The notes: generated by a model from the sequence alone, not told the origin. Positions 1 to 13,078 are shown, counted from the whole stretch's first letter. The stretch: 63,922 nucleotides of DNA, filler included, from Chiloscyllium plagiosum (GCF_004010195.1; 3 parts of one record of this genome joined end to end with filler, not necessarily neighbours in it); one strand, 5' to 3'. Translations and numbers: made by a program.

Positions 1-199
1 ACCTTCATCTCCTCCCCCACTCACCCATTGTACTCTATGCTACTTTCTCCCCATCCCCACCCTCCTCTAGCTTATCTCTCCACGCTTCAGGCTCTCTGCC
101 TTTATTCCTGATGAAGGGCTTTTGCCTGAAACGTCGATTTCGAAGCTCCTTGGATGCTGCCTGAACTGCTGTGCTCTTCCAGCACCACTAATCCAGAAT
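1..199 (+). mobile_element. Penelope-like element 3' end/pseudo-LTR with minimal hammerhead motif at 108-135
   Basis: C-rich tail, then CTGATGA-AGGGC TTTT GCCT-GAAACGTC, then GATGCTGCCTGAACTGCTGTGCTCTTCCAGCACCACTAATCCAGAAT. The reverse complement of this family at 29872-30218 and 60400-60690 runs into GIY-YIG C-terminal coding sequence. Confidence 0.75.
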
Positions 200-769
200 A
201 TTGAGTTTTTCAGCAATTCCTGTTTTTATTACTACTGTGCTAACATCTCCTCCTACACTTCCAGCTTTGCTTAAAATTACTTAACTAGATTTACGATTTA
301 TATATAACCATTTACCATCAAGAAGATTATCTCTAAGTCTTATCTTTTCAAGGAGAAAACCCCACATTTCTCCAGTCTTATCTGGATCATTCAGATTGCA
401 AACACTGATTTCAAGGAAGGCACTATTTAAGTGCAAATCGAGCAAATCTTTGTTTTGCAAGCGTGGGATTTACCTCATTTTAAAAACCTGCTGCCCATAC
501 GCACAAAAGAAAATTCCCATGAGCACCTATGTTTTATTTCTTATCCATTCTCCAATCAGTATCAATGACTATTTTTTGCTGAGGTTCTGCATTTGAACAG
601 CTCCACTGCAGCCAATGAAGTTCTGTTCAAGGTTTAGTCACTAATGTTCTGCGAGAAACACAGCAGTCAATTTGTGCACCAATCTGCCAGAAACCACATT
701 AAGTGGTAAATGATGAGGTAATTTTTTTTGTTTGAGTGATAAATGCTGGTCAGGATGCCATTCAAAACT

Positions 770-1602
770 ATTGTTGTAGGTCGGATCTCAAAGAATGATG
801 CGACAGAATGCAGGAAAGAAATTGAATAGTTAGCAGCACAATGTAAAGACAACAACCTCACCACCAAAGTCAGCAAAACAAAGGAGCTGGTCATTGACTT
901 CAGGAAGTGGAGTGGAGGGCACACCCCTGTCTGCATCAATCGTGCTCAGGTGGAGTCAGTTGAGAGCATCAAGTTGATGGTCACCAACAATCTGTCCTGG
1001 TCCATCCACATTGACACAATGGTCAAGAAAACACAATAATGTCAATACTTCCTCAGGAAGCTAAGGAAATTTGGCATATCCACAATGACTCTTACCAAGT
1101 TTTATCAAAGCACTATAGAAAGCATCCTATCTGGATGCATCACTGCATGATACAGCAACTGCTCTACCCACGATTGGAAGAAACTACAGAGAGTGTGAAC
1201 ACAGCCCAGTCCATCACGCAAACCACCCTTTCATCCACTGACTCCATCTACACTTCCCACTGCCTCAGGAAAGCAGCTAACATCAAAGACTCCTCCCACA
1301 CCGATTATACTCTTTCCCACCCTCTTCCAAAGGGTAAAAGATATGAAAGCTTGAATATATGTACGAATACATTAAAGAACAGTTTCTTCCCCACTACTAT
1401 CAGACTTTTGAAGAGACCTCTCAAATGTTAATTCTGATCTCTTTGTCTTTCTCTCTCTCTCTCTTTACCTTCTCTGCAGCTGTAACACTATTCTGCACTC
1501 TGTTCTGTTACCCTGATGCACTTTGTAAGGTACAATCTGCCTGTTTGGCACACAAAACACTTTCCACTGTACCTTGGTAAATGTGACAACAATAAATCAA
1601 TC
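770..1602 (+). mobile_element. Rex1/Babar-clade LINE, 3' part (decayed RT C-terminus + 3' tail)
   Basis: Frames give KTKELVIDFRK, NNLSWSIHI, YFLRKLRKFG, TIESILSGCIT; tail CACTGTACC..ATGTGACAACAATAAA. Confidence 0.85.
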
Positions 1603-2699
1603 ATCCCCCACCCTCTTCAAAATCGTGACGAACCTGGATAGACAGCATTTATGTTTAATGTCATTATAACTGAGATTTCATTCCTACCAGTTGGGGAGAG
1701 TCCTGCGTTACTTCTGTGCAGGAGGCGTGATGTGATTGATGGGTACTCAGGCACTTCACTGGCCAACATCAGGTCTCCCCCTTAAAGGCAGCATTCCAGG
1801 CCCTGTGTGCTGTTGACCAGTTAGAGACCAGTATATCTCCAGTGTAGGCAGGAGCACAGCAAGCAATTGCTGCTCTGGTTAATGCTCCAAGGCCTACCCA
1901 GAGGATCAATGCTAGCTCCCTCGTAACAGGTGAGTGGGACAGTCTGGTGAATATGGAGAAGGGGTTGTCAGTGAGAGGGAGGACAGGGGGACAGAGGCAG
2001 GGGTGGGAGGTGGCATAACATGCCCCGTGAAGTTCCTAATGCTGCACCCCTCAATCAGGCATTGATTACCTGTCAATAAAGTGACGGGATTTGCTGAGTG
2101 ACCTATATGAGTTTCAAGGGAGTCCCATTAATTACCCAAGCCAAGACACAACTCTGGTGGGTTCAGGGATAATTGGTGCCAAGCTGCTCATTGTTGGGCC
2201 TAATCCATGAGTTGGGTGCCTGTCCATGTCAGTAAAGTGTTTGGCTGCAGTATTCCCATGAAAGGGGTTGGTTTACTCCAAAGTGCAGAACCATTCTGCA
2301 AGCAGATCGGAGAGTTGGCAAGACCCTGCAGTGAGGTTGGTACTTCGTGGATGCCAACCACAGTTGATGGACATCCAAGTGGTGACTGCCCATGAAGTGT
2401 GCCCTGAGATGTTGGTACTGGCTGTCCAAGATGAATATCTGCAGCAGCAAGTAGTGAGCTGGAGTCTCCAAGTAACAGTTCTGACTTTCACATTGGGAAT
2501 TGTCCAGTTTCTCTGACAGGTGGGAGAATAGAAGTTGCATATTTATGAGGCATAATAATGAGATGTTAATACAAGCTAATACATGCAATTAAACCTCTCA
2601 CCACTCACGAGCAAGAATTCCACCTCAATGTTGAACACTTGGTTAGAAAATGGGATGTCGAGAAGCTCCTTGCTGGCCAGCTCATGAGATTTTCTCAAG

Positions 2700-3015
2700 T
2701 GCCATGGCTCACATCACTCGGGGGCTTCCATACAACATATTCAAAGACCCTTTCCACCCTGGTTATACTCTCTTCCATCGGGCAGAAGTTATAAAAGTTT
2801 GAAAACATATACTAACAGATTTAAGAATAGTTTCTTCCCTGGTGTTATCAGACTTCTGAATGGATCTCTCATATATTAGAGTTGATTATTCTCTGCATCT
2901 TCGCTAGCTGTAACACTATATTCTGCATTTTGTTCCATTACTCTTATGGAAGATATGGTTTTTATACAATACTTCTCACTGTATCTCAGTACATGTGACA
3001 ATAATAAATCAAAAC
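2700..3015 (+). mobile_element. Rex1/Babar-clade LINE 3' end fragment
   Basis: Colinear similarity to 1290-1600, including the ATGTGACAATAATAAA tail. Confidence 0.75.
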
Positions 3016-3029
3016 AATGACAAGAAGCT

Positions 3030-4030
3030 AGCTTAACCTGGTCAGAGAGAAAATGTGAAATCCATTATTAAAGGCATCATAACAGTGCAGTGAGATAAAT
3101 GAGGTAATCAGGCAGAGTGAACATTGTTTTGAGAAAGGGTATCCTGTTTGACAATTTGAGTTCTTTGAAGAAGTAATCTCTGTGAATAAAAGGGAACTAA
3201 TGGGTGTACTACGCTTGGATTATCAGAAGGCATTTAATAAAAGTGCGACAAAGAGTATTGTGGAAAATAAAAGCTCATGTTATAAGATGTAAGATATTGG
3301 CATGGTTTGGAGTTTGGCTAGCCAACAGGAAACAGTAAGCATAAATAGAACATTTTCTGATTGGCAAAATGTAAAGAGTGGTGTGCCACCAATGCGGAGT
3401 TCTCAACTCTATACAATTAATATAAAAATCATTGGGGTGTAGGACCAAAAGTATATTTACTGAATTTGCTGATGACACAAAAAAATAGGCAAGAAAGGAA
3501 GTAATGAAGAGGATGTAAATATATTAAATGACTGGGCAGAGATCTGGCAAATGGACTATAATGGAGGAAAATATGAAATTGTCCATTTTGGCTGGAAGAA
3601 TAAGAAAGAAACATATTATGTAAATGGTGAGAATTGGAAACTCTGAGATCCAGCAGGATGTGGGTGTCCTAGCGCAAGATACAGCAAGTCATTAGGAAAG
3701 CAAATAAAATGTTATCATTTATTACAAGGGGAATTGAATACAAAAGAAGGGAGGCTACACTTCAGTCATATTGGGCAATGATAAGACTAAATTTGGCACA
3801 CTGTTTCAGTGTTGCCCTCCTAATTTCAGGAGGATTGTAAATACATCCGAGGCAATTCAGTGAAGGTTAATTAGATTGATACCTGCACCGAGCAGATTGT
3901 CCTCGGAGGTAAGGTTGGACAGGCCAGGTAGAAGAGTCAGAGATAGTTGATTGAAACATATAAAATATTGAGGGGTCTTGACAGGGTGTTTCCTCTTTCG
4001 GGGAGAATCTAGAACTAGGAGTTTAAAAGA
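3030..4030 (+). mobile_element. Old, decayed CR1-clade LINE RT fragment (probably resumes at about 5650-5920)
   Basis: Remnants of EFFEEV, D.QKAF, FADDT, YE.VHFG, AIRK motifs with many frameshifts. Confidence 0.75.
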
Positions 4031-4054
4031 CGTTTCAATATGGTGGCGACGGAG

Positions 4055-5032
4055 TGGCAGCATTGAGTCCACCTCTTTTCATCATTTATATAAATGATTT
4101 GGATGTGAGCATAAGAGGTATAACTAGTAAGTTTGCAGATGACACCAAAATTGGAGGTGTAGTGGACAGCAAAGAAGGTTACCTCAGATTACAACGGGAT
4201 CTTGATCAGATGGGCCAATGGGCTGAGGAGTGGCAGATGGAGTTTAATTCAGATAAATGAGAGATGCTGCATTTTGGGAAAGCAAATCTTAGCAGGACTT
4301 ATCCACTTAATGGTAAGATCCTGGAGAGTGTTGCTGAACAAAGAGCCTTTGGAGTGCAGGTTGATAGCTCCTTGAAAGTGGAGTTGCAGGTAGATAGGAT
4401 AGTGAAGAAGGCGTTTGGTATGCTTTCCTTTATTAGTCAGAGTATTGAGTACAGGAACTGGGAGGTCATGTTGCGGTTGTACAGGACATTGGTTAGACCA
4501 CTGCTGGAATTTCTGGTCCTATCGGAAAGATGTTGTGAAACTTGAAAGGGTTCAGAAAAGATTTACAAGGATGTTGCATGGGTTGGAGTAGTTGAGCTAT
4601 AGGGAGAGGCTGAACAGGCTGGGGCTGTTTTCCCTGGAGTGTCAGAGGCTGAGGGGTGACCTTATAGAGGTTTATAAAATCATGAGGGGCATGGATAGGA
4701 TAAATAGACAAAGTCTGTTCCTTGGGGTGGGGGAGTCCAGAACTAGACGGCACCGGTTTAGGGCGAGAGGGGAAAGATATGAAAGAGACTGAAGGGGCAA
4801 CACTTTCACACAGAGGGTGGTACGTGTATGGAATGAGCTGCTGGAGGAAGTGGTGGTGGCTGGTACAATTGCAACATTTAAAAGGCATTTGGATGGATAT
4901 ATGAATAGGGAGGGTTTGGAGGGATATGGGCCGGGTGCTGGCAGGTGGGACTAGATTGGGTGGGGATATCTGATTGGCATGGACGAGTTTGACTGAAGCG
5001 TGTTTCCGTGCTGTACGTCTCTATGACTCTAT
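4055..5032 (+). mobile_element. CR1-clade LINE (HER1-like) 3' part
   Basis: [60 protein letters not shown] tail. Confidence 0.92.
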
Positions 5033-5034
5033 GG

Positions 5035-5650
5035 AGGCTACTGAGGGCTGAGTAAATGACAACAGAGAAGGTTTCCGGCAGCAACAGCAACACTAGTTCG
5101 AGGCAGACATGGCTCCGATGTCTCCCAGTGAGTGAGGAGCAGGTCCCAGGCTTACTCCCCTGGCCCAGCCTTTCAGGCTGAGTGGAAGCTCCAAGTCAGC
5201 AGCTTGGAACCTCCAGGCGGAAGTGCGCCAGATGGAGATGGTGGCAGCAGCAAGTTTAATCCCAGCGCAAGACCCTGCGGCACCGATGGTGCCTGCATTA
5301 CTGAGGCTGGCCCAGTGTGAATTCATGGCGATGGGGTCGGTGGAGGCAAGATGGCGCTGGGAGGTGACAGTGTGATGAAGTATGGTTGTGGTAGTGTCAC
5401 TGGGATGGAGGAGCCTTGATCCAGGTGCAAGGCTGAGCCAGAAGTGGGAGCTGATCCAAAGAGCACCTTACTTTATTGGGATAAGACTACGAAATGAAAC
5501 TTTATTGTTTTGTTTTTCTGGCTTTATATTCTGTGTTTTGGTTTATTTTCTGCATTTTAAGATGGTGCTGGAGAGTGACAACATCACTTAAACAGCACTT
5601 TTCACTGTATTTGTAATAAGTACACATGACAATAGATCAAGTCAAGTCTA
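5035..5650 (+). mobile_element. Non-coding GC-rich element ending in a Rex1-type 3' tail (putative non-autonomous retroelement)
   Basis: 3' end CACTTTTCACTGTAT..GTACACATGACAATAGATCAAGTCAAGTC resembles the tails at 1557-1600 and 2970-3012. The body has no RT similarity that I can see. Confidence 0.45.
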
Positions 5651-6419
5651 AACTAAAGGGGCTTGCCCATGTAAAACAGAGACAAGAAAAATTATGTTCT
5701 CTCAAAAGTCTGAGTGTCTTTGCAATTCTCTTCCGCAAAAAAGCAGTGGAAGCAGAGACTTTTAAGGCAAGTGGTAAATAGGATATTGATAAAGAAAGGG
5801 GTGAAAGGTTAGCAGGAGTAGACATGAATGATAAAAATCAAAATCAGTCATGATCTAATTAAATGGTATACTAGATTTGAAGGGCTAAATGGCCTACTCC
5901 TCTTAAATTTATATGTTTGTATGTTGATAAATGGTACCACATGTAGGGGAGGTCATGAGTCCTATCAAGCATGACCTTTCACCTTTGAGTTTTATTGGTT
6001 CAATTAACAACAAGGCAAACTTCCATCAACTCTATCTTTCTTGGATCCCAACAGACCTGAAGAGCTAGGATCCAGAGTTCCTTTTCAATTGACCAATAAA
6101 TAACACCCTAATTCATGGTTTGGCCACTTTTTGGAAAACATCTAGCTCGTCGGCATTTCCAAAAATAATTTAATTCGTCCTTTCAGCCGTGTTTTTGTTT
6201 TCTCATCTGCATCTGGGCCATCACCCTCTAGCTCCTCAACTTGTACTTCTCCTTTGTGTCTAATAGCCACATGGCAGTGGTAAAGGAAGCTTCGATGTCA
6301 TAGTTTCCCGGGTGACATGGTCCAGTGTTCCATATTTTCCAAGAAAATTGCAATTGATCCCTTTGTTATCGATACAGATTCCGCAGACATTTTAAATAAA
6401 TTATACACTTTCCTTATTG

Positions 6420-7620
6420 TCATAAGAGGAATAGTTAGTAAGTTTGCAAATGATACACAGGTGGCATGGTGGCTCAATGGTTAGCACTGCTGCCTCATAG
6501 CACCAGGGTCCTGGGTTCGATTCCAGCCTCAGGTGATTGTCTGCGTGGAGTTTGCACATTCTCCCCATGTCTGTGTGGGTTTCCACTGGGTGCTCCGGTT
6601 TCCTCCCAAAGATGTGCTACCCAGTTGAATTGGCCATGCTAAATTGCCCATAGCGTTAGATACATTAGTCAGAGGGAAATGGGTCTGGGTGGGTTCCTCT
6701 TCGGAGGGTCGGTCTGGACTGGTTGGGCTGAAGGGCCTGTTTCCACACTGTGGATAATCTAATCAAAATTGGAGGTGTAGTGGACAGCGAAGAGGGTTAC
6801 CTCAGAGTACAACAGGATCTGGACCAGATGGGCTGAGGAGTGGTAGATGGAGTTTAATTTTGATAAATGCAAGGTGCCTTATTTTGTGAAAGCAAATCCT
6901 AGCAGAACAAAGAGGCCTTGGAGTGCAGGTTCATAGCTCCTTGAAAGTGGAGTCGCAGGTAGATAGGATAGTGAAGAAGGCGTTTGGTATGCTTTCTTTT
7001 TTTGGTCAGAGTATTGAGTACACGAGTTGGGAGGTCATGTTGCAGCTCCACAGGACATTGGTTAGGCCACTTTGGAAATATTGCATACAATTCTGGTCTC
7101 CTTCCTATCGGAAGGATGTTGTGAAACTTGAAAGGGTTCAGAAAAGATTTACAAGGATGTTGCCAGGGTTGGAGGATTTGAGCTATAGGGAGAGGTTGAA
7201 TAGGCTCGGGCTGTTTTCCCTGGAGCGTCAGAGGCTAAGGGTAACCTTATAGAGGTTTATAAAATCATGAGGGGTATGGATAGGATAAATAGACAAGGTC
7301 TTTTCCCTGGGGTGGGGAAGTCCAAAACTAGAGGGCATAGGTTTAGCGCGAGAGGGGAAAGATATAAAAGAAACCTAACAGGCAACTTTTTTTATGCAGA
7401 GGGTTTTGTGTGTCTGGATTGAGCTGCTAGAGGAAGTGATGGAGGCTAGTACAATTGTAACATTTAAAAGGCATTTGGATGGGTATATGAATAGGAAGGG
7501 TTTGGAGGGATATGGGCCAGGTGCTGGCAGGTAGGACGATTGGGTTGGGATATCTGGTCGGCATGGATGAGTTAGACCAAAGGGTCTGTTTCTGTGCTGT
7601 ACTTCCCTATGACTCTATGT
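6420..7620 (+). mobile_element. CR1-clade LINE 3' part, interrupted by an HE1 SINE in the FADDT region
   Basis: AGTAAGTTTGCAAATGATAC before and CAAAATTGGAGG after the SINE; SLKVESQVDRIVKKAFGML etc.; CTATGACTCTATG tail. Confidence 0.9.
6460..6764 (+). mobile_element. HE1-type tRNA-derived V-SINE
   Basis: A box TGGCTCAATGG, B box GGTTCGATTCC, V-domain GTGGAGTTTGCACATTCTCCCC..GGGTGCTCCGGTTTCCTCCC, CR1-like tail GAAGGGCCTGTTTCCACACTG. Confidence 0.92.
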
Positions 7621-7899
7621 TCTGCAACCAGGTCAAAGGCCATCACACTATCCAATGAGTCCAATTTCTAGTTTGAAAATTTAAATCAAATCTTTGGAAA
7701 ACTAAATGGGACCAAAGACACTAAATAACTTAATTGGGTACAGAGGTTCATTCTGAATAGATCATCTAATGTAGGCTTCTTTAGGTGTTAATTTTATGTG
7801 CAACATCACAGTTCTTGATATTGAGGCAATGAGGTGACTTGATGTGAGAAAATAAGTAAGAAAAGAAAATGATCGCCACTGTACCTGTAATAAATCGCA

Positions 7900-8140
7900 G
7901 AACTGTGGGTGCTGGAGATATGAAACAAGAGCAGAAATTGATGGAGAAAATGAGTGGGTCTGACAGCATCAGTGAAGAGAAAACAGAGTGAATGTTTTGA
8001 GTCCAGCGACCCTTCTTCAAACCCTTCTTCTGAAGAAAGGTCACTGGACTCGGAACAAGAACGATTTTCTCTCCCTTGATGCTGCCAGACCCACTCAGCT
8101 TCTCCAGCAATTTGTTTCTGTTCCACCATACCTGCCATCT
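7900..8140. mobile_element. Old fold-back (inverted) Penelope pseudo-LTR insertion
   Basis: Imperfect palindrome centred near 8025; decayed CTGAAGA..G(G)AAC hammerhead remnants on both strands. Confidence 0.6.
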
Positions 8141-8189
8141 TTGTTTTGAATTATTAAATTTATCATTTATTTAACATTAGAAACAAGTA

Positions 8190-8480
8190 GGCTTGGTACG
8201 GTAGCATCCTGGTTATTTTATGGGATTACTAATATGGAGACAGGAGTTCAAATCTCACCACAACAGCTGGCGAATTTCCCTTTAGTTAGTTAATTAAATC
8301 TGGAATTAAAGAGCTAATAACAATAGCCATAAAAATAATGGATTGTTATGAAACCCATCGAGTTGATGGATATCGTTTAGGGAAGGAAATATGCTGTTGA
8401 TCATCTTCACAATGGTAATTAGGGATGGACAATAAACACTGACTTTACCAGTAATGCCTGCTTCCCATGGATGAGTCATG
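8190..8480 (+). mobile_element. Decayed tRNA-headed SINE of the family seen at 23320 and 57590
   Basis: GAGTTCAAATCTCACC B box, AAATCTGGAATTAA, TTTAGGGAAGGAAAT, and LINE tail AGGGATGGACAATAAA. Confidence 0.65.
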
Positions 8481-9949
8481 ATAATAAAGGCTATAAATAT
8501 TGAGGCTTGACTTGTACTCACATGCTTTACAGATGGAATTGCAATTGCTTGATTAGTCTTGTTAACAAGGACATTTAAGGAAAAGTTCAATTACCACACC
8601 AAAAGCAGTTGCCATTGTTGACTCCAATATGTTTAATTATCTGCCTCGCTTAAAGCGATTTTGCAATTGCATTGACTGCCCATATTAACGGATTAGGAAA
8701 TTATATACTAGTGAGTACTCCACAGGTCAGACTGAGGATTGAAAGGACAGCTTACTGTTTCACATAGAAACCATTCTTGAGAATTGATTCTGACAATGTG
8801 ATCCACCCTAAAATCTGAAGTCATCATGTGAACCCTTCCCTCCCTACCCCAACCATGGATGCCGACAGAATCATTGAAGAGCAGAAATGGAGTCTGCATT
8901 ACCTCTTCTAATCAGCAATTCCCTTCTTGTCAGTCCCCCTGTAACCCTACACATTCTTCCTTTTTGATAAAACAGTCTAACTCTCCTTTGAATGCTTTGA
9001 TTGAACTTGCCTCTCCCACATTCAGGCAGCACATTCCAGAACTGAACCACTCACTGCTGACACCATTTTCTTCACGCCACTTTTGTTTCTTTCAGCAACG
9101 ACTTTAAATCTTTTGATACATAAAACAATGAAACGGGAGCAGAGGTCGTTCATTCAATGCCTCAAATCTGCTCTACCATTCAGTAAGATCATGGCTAGAA
9201 TTCCACCTAGAATGTTGTGCTTAGAATTCCACCTTCCCAACGACCCTAAGTAACCTTGCATTCTATTCTGGGCCTTGATCCTTTCATATGCCTTCATATC
9301 TATTGTCCAGACTCATGATTTTGAATATTTCTTTCAATCTCCTCTTCGCCTTTTCTTCTCCGAAGGAAATCAATCCAATCTTATCCAATTTATTGTCATA
9401 ACTGAAGTTCTTCATCAGTGAAGCTAATCTCAACATCTTCTATTCTCTCTCCAATGTGTTCACATCTCTCCTGGAGTGTGGTGAGCAGAACCTTATGCAG
9501 TACATCAACTGAGGCCAAACTGGTATCTTGTACAAATTCAGCCTAACCTCCCTGCTCCTGTCCTCTATGCAGATGAATAAAGCCCAGGATTCCATATGCC
9601 TTGTTAAACACTCTTGTAAATCTGGCCTGCCACCTTCAATGACTCACACACAAAAAACACCCAAATCCCTCTGCTCCAGCCCCTTCAGAATTGTAGCAAA
9701 CACACTTTGTGCACATTTCCAGCAGTTTTCTTTTGCAGTGTCTGTGCTTGTTATTGTTTTACTTTTTTTAAAAATTTGATTCGATTTATAAGGAATTGCA
9801 CAATAGAATATTTGACCCATTTCCCAGCATTGGTGACACCATCTGTTTCAGATTAGATTGCACAAACTCCACATTGCGATGTCACATTCTTCTGGGAGTA
9901 CTTGGAAATGTTACAAAGAAATTACCTTGACGCAGTTAGTGAGCCCATT

Positions 9950-11090
9950 ATTCCCAGGTGGAATATTGTGGAATGTGAGTGTCACTGACTGGGCCAGCAT
10001 TAAAATGCCCTTAATAAAGGTGGTAGTGAGCTGTCTTCTTGAACTGCTGCAGTCCATGTGCTGTAGCGACCCCTAAGTGCTGTTAGGAAGGGAATTTCAG
10101 GATTTTAACCCAGCGACAGTGAAGGAATGGTTACATGCTTCCAACTTCATGATGTTAAGTGGCTTGGAGGGGAATTTGCAGGCTTTTTTTTAGTTCTCTC
10201 ATGGGACACAGACATCACTGCCTGACCAACATATTTTATTTGCCTCTCCATAGTTGTTGTTGAGAAGGTGGTGATGGTGAGCTGCCTTCTTGAACTGCTT
10301 CAGTTCATGTGTAGGTAGATGCACAATGCTGTCACAATGTTGCAGGAGTTGCGGGGGGGACATTGGGCAGGGATGAGGACATGGAGAAGTAGTTGACAGT
10401 CCCAGGATTTTTCAGTCTCTCTTGTACATAGTACACATTGCTGCCTTTCAGCCAAAGAGTAGGTGCTTGTGAAAATGAAGCCAATCAATTGGACTGCATT
10501 GTCCTGGAAAGTGTCAACCTTTGCCACTACACCTATCCAGTTAAATGGGGAGTATTCCATCACACTCCTGACTTGTGCCTCGTGGATGAGAATAGCACCC
10601 AAACTGGAGAAGGAGGATCAACAAATGTTGCCAACCATTCTGAGCATCTGAGTGGCCAAGGGGTCATTGTACAAATATCGGAAGGAGTGTTTGAAAACGC
10701 AGGTGTTCCACCCACCCACTTCTTTAACCACCACCAGTGGCAGTGTGTGGATCCAGCATTGACCTGTTTAGTCACCTCAGGTCCCACTATTCCAGAAAGG
10801 CACCTTCAAAGGGCTGCCTGAGGGTATTTAGCAACACTAATGTCATTGATCCGGAAGGGAGAGGATTCATTGCCTGGCACTAATGTGATTTGAATATTAC
10901 TTCTCACTTATCAGCCTAAGCCTGAAAGTAGAGCAGGTCTTGTTGCATTTAAACACAGGCTGCTTTTGTACCTGAGGAGTTGTGAATGGTGCTAAACCTC
11001 AGACCCGATGATGGACGGAAGGTCATTGATGAAACAGCTGAAGATGGTTGGCCCTAAGATGTTACTGTGAGGAACTCCTGCAGAGATGTC
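9950..11090 (-). mobile_element. Fragments of the CR1/L2-group LINE seen at 45130-47670 (two 3' ends plus RT remnants)
   Basis: Reverse complements of GCAGTTCAAGAAGGCAGCTCACC, AQVRSVMEYSP and GPTIFSCFINDL. Confidence 0.7.
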
Positions 11091-11794
11091 ATGTGTGGTC
11101 TTTGATTTCACTGAGACTTTACTGCTGTAATTGACAGAAATCCACACAATTTACATTGGGCACCTATATTGTACTGTTTACTACAAATCTAGCTAAACAT
11201 CCAACTCTTCATCTGGCAAAGTTGTCAGAAATGAATGGAATAGAATTCTAAGACTTGCATGAGCATGACTATGATTAACACTAGAAATAAAGTTTACGAC
11301 AGGAACTATACAACATTATAAATTCAGAGATGCAAGAATTCATGAACATGAAAAATATGCTCGCCTAGAATATGCTTTCAGCACCAAACATGAATGGCAA
11401 TCACTCACGCTGGAGGTCGGTACCTATCTCAAGTGAATCGGGATTGTTTGCCCAGGTTAACAAAGAGCTAAGAGACAGAGTTCCTTTCTGACTTTGAAAC
11501 TGGAAACTTACAAGCCCTAGTTTGTGTTGCTGCAAAATGTGTCGGAAAGGTAGCTCATTTGACCAACATTTCATGGAGGTCAGAGCACAGCAGTTCACAT
11601 GCACTCATACTCAGCAACAACAGGAACTTCCTTTTATATGATACCTTTAGCATAGTTAAAGGCATTTCACAGGAATATTAGCAGCTAAACATAGACTTCA
11701 CCCTGCATTAAGAGATATTACGGCAGATGACCAAAAGATTGAACAAAGAAATCAGTTTTAAGGGAGGAGGGAGAGGAGATTTAAGAACGTGTTT

Positions 11795-11977
11795 CAAGAT
11801 TTCAGACCTGAGAGTTTAAAGACACAGGCAGCAATGAAGAAGATTTCAGATCTGGGGAGCTTAAAGACACAGTCAGCAACGAAGAAGATTTCAGATCTGG
11901 GGAGCTTAAAGACACAGTCAGCAACAAAGAAGATTTCAGATCTGGGGAGCTTAAAGACACAGTCAGCAACGAAGAAG
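11795..11977 (+). repeat. 45-bp minisatellite, about 4 copies (AAGAAGATTTCAGATCTGGGGAGCTTAAAGACACAGTCAGCAACG)
   Basis: Three near-identical units plus one diverged 5' unit. Confidence 0.95.
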
Positions 11978-12246
11978 CAAAGGGTATGAGGATTGCAGAA
12001 GAGGCCAGAATTGAAGGAACCCAGGAACCCTAGCTAGCAAGTATAGGTGTGTCTTGAATTGACGTTTTCAGTAGCTTCCATTATGTTTCCTCTTTCAGTT
12101 TAATTGCCAGTCCTCAGTCACAACAAATCATGTTAAATTGTTATTTGTCAGAAAAGTGGCCTTTTTGGCAACATCACTTCAGTGATCAATAGAAGAAACC
12201 AAATCAAAAGTATATTTGAGAACAACGGACATTTACATTTGTATAG

Positions 12247-12750
12247 AAAAAAAACTGCAGGTGCTGGAATCCAAAGTGGATAAACAGGAAGCTGACACAC
12301 CACAGCAGGCCAGGCAGCATGAGGAGGTGGAGAAATCAACATTTCAGGTATAACGCTTCTTCAGGACTGGGATGTGGGGATGGGGGAAGCTACAGATTAA
12401 GAGAAGGAGGGGATGGGATGGGGAAAGTAGCAAAATGGTGAGGTAGTGATAGGTGAACACAGGTAGTGGGTATGAACTGGTTGGTCGATGGGAGGGATAA
12501 ATCAGGTTGGTAACTGGAAGGAAAGGTCTATAGGTGGAATGGAAGAGAAGAGGCGGGGCTGGAAGAGGAGCCAGGGATGGGTCATCACCCATTTCAATTT
12601 CACCTCCCACTCTGACATGTCTGTCTATCTTCAGCCTCCATCGCCACAGTGAATCAGACCATAAATTGGAGGAACAACACCCCATCTTCCGCCTGGGCGG
12701 CCTCCAACATGGAGGACTTAACATTGAGTTCTCCAATTTCAAATAACCTT
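12247..12750. mobile_element. Penelope-like fragment: minus-strand pseudo-LTR joined to a plus-strand GIY-YIG C-terminus
   Basis: KLEEQHPIFRLGGLQHGGLNIEFSNFK* on plus (12664-12746) is the typical PLE endonuclease end. A decayed hammerhead lies on minus at about 12338-12364. Confidence 0.75.
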
Positions 12751-12754
12751 TCCA

Positions 12755-13065
12755 CCAATCCAGAATTTGAAGAACCTTTCACACGGGTTATAACTGATTG
12801 TGTCGGTCCCCTCCTGAGAATTATAAGTGGGAACCAGTACTTGTTAACCATAATGAATGGGTTTACCAGATTTCTGGAGGCAATTCCATTGCAGAATATC
12901 AAGGCAAAAAAAGGTGGTAGAGGAGCTAGTAGCTTTCTTCACATGGTATGGGCTATCCAGAGAGATTCAGTCGGACCAAGGGTCAAATTTTACTGCTAGG
13001 CTGTTTAAGGAGGTTATGATAGCTTAGGTATGGATTTAAAGTGCTGTATCATCCTCAATCCCAGA
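12755..13065 (+). mobile_element. Gypsy-type integrase fragment
   Basis: FEEPFTRVITDCVGPL..SGNQYLLTIM..FTRFLEAIPL followed by a frameshifted EIQSDQG motif. Confidence 0.85.
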
Positions 13066-13078
13066 CGAGCCTCCAAAC

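Noticed and set aside
2200..2620. Region open in several frames on both strands
   Set aside because: No recognisable domain. Possibly a decayed DNA-transposon remnant, but unsupported.
6130..6390. CpG-retaining unique segment with a short acidic minus-strand frame (HKGEVQVEELEGDGPDADEK)
   Set aside because: Bounded by stops, with no convincing splice sites or homology.
6460..6530. tRNA-like A/B boxes (also at the other HE1 heads and 57594)
   Set aside because: They continue into SINE bodies, so they are SINE heads rather than tRNA genes.
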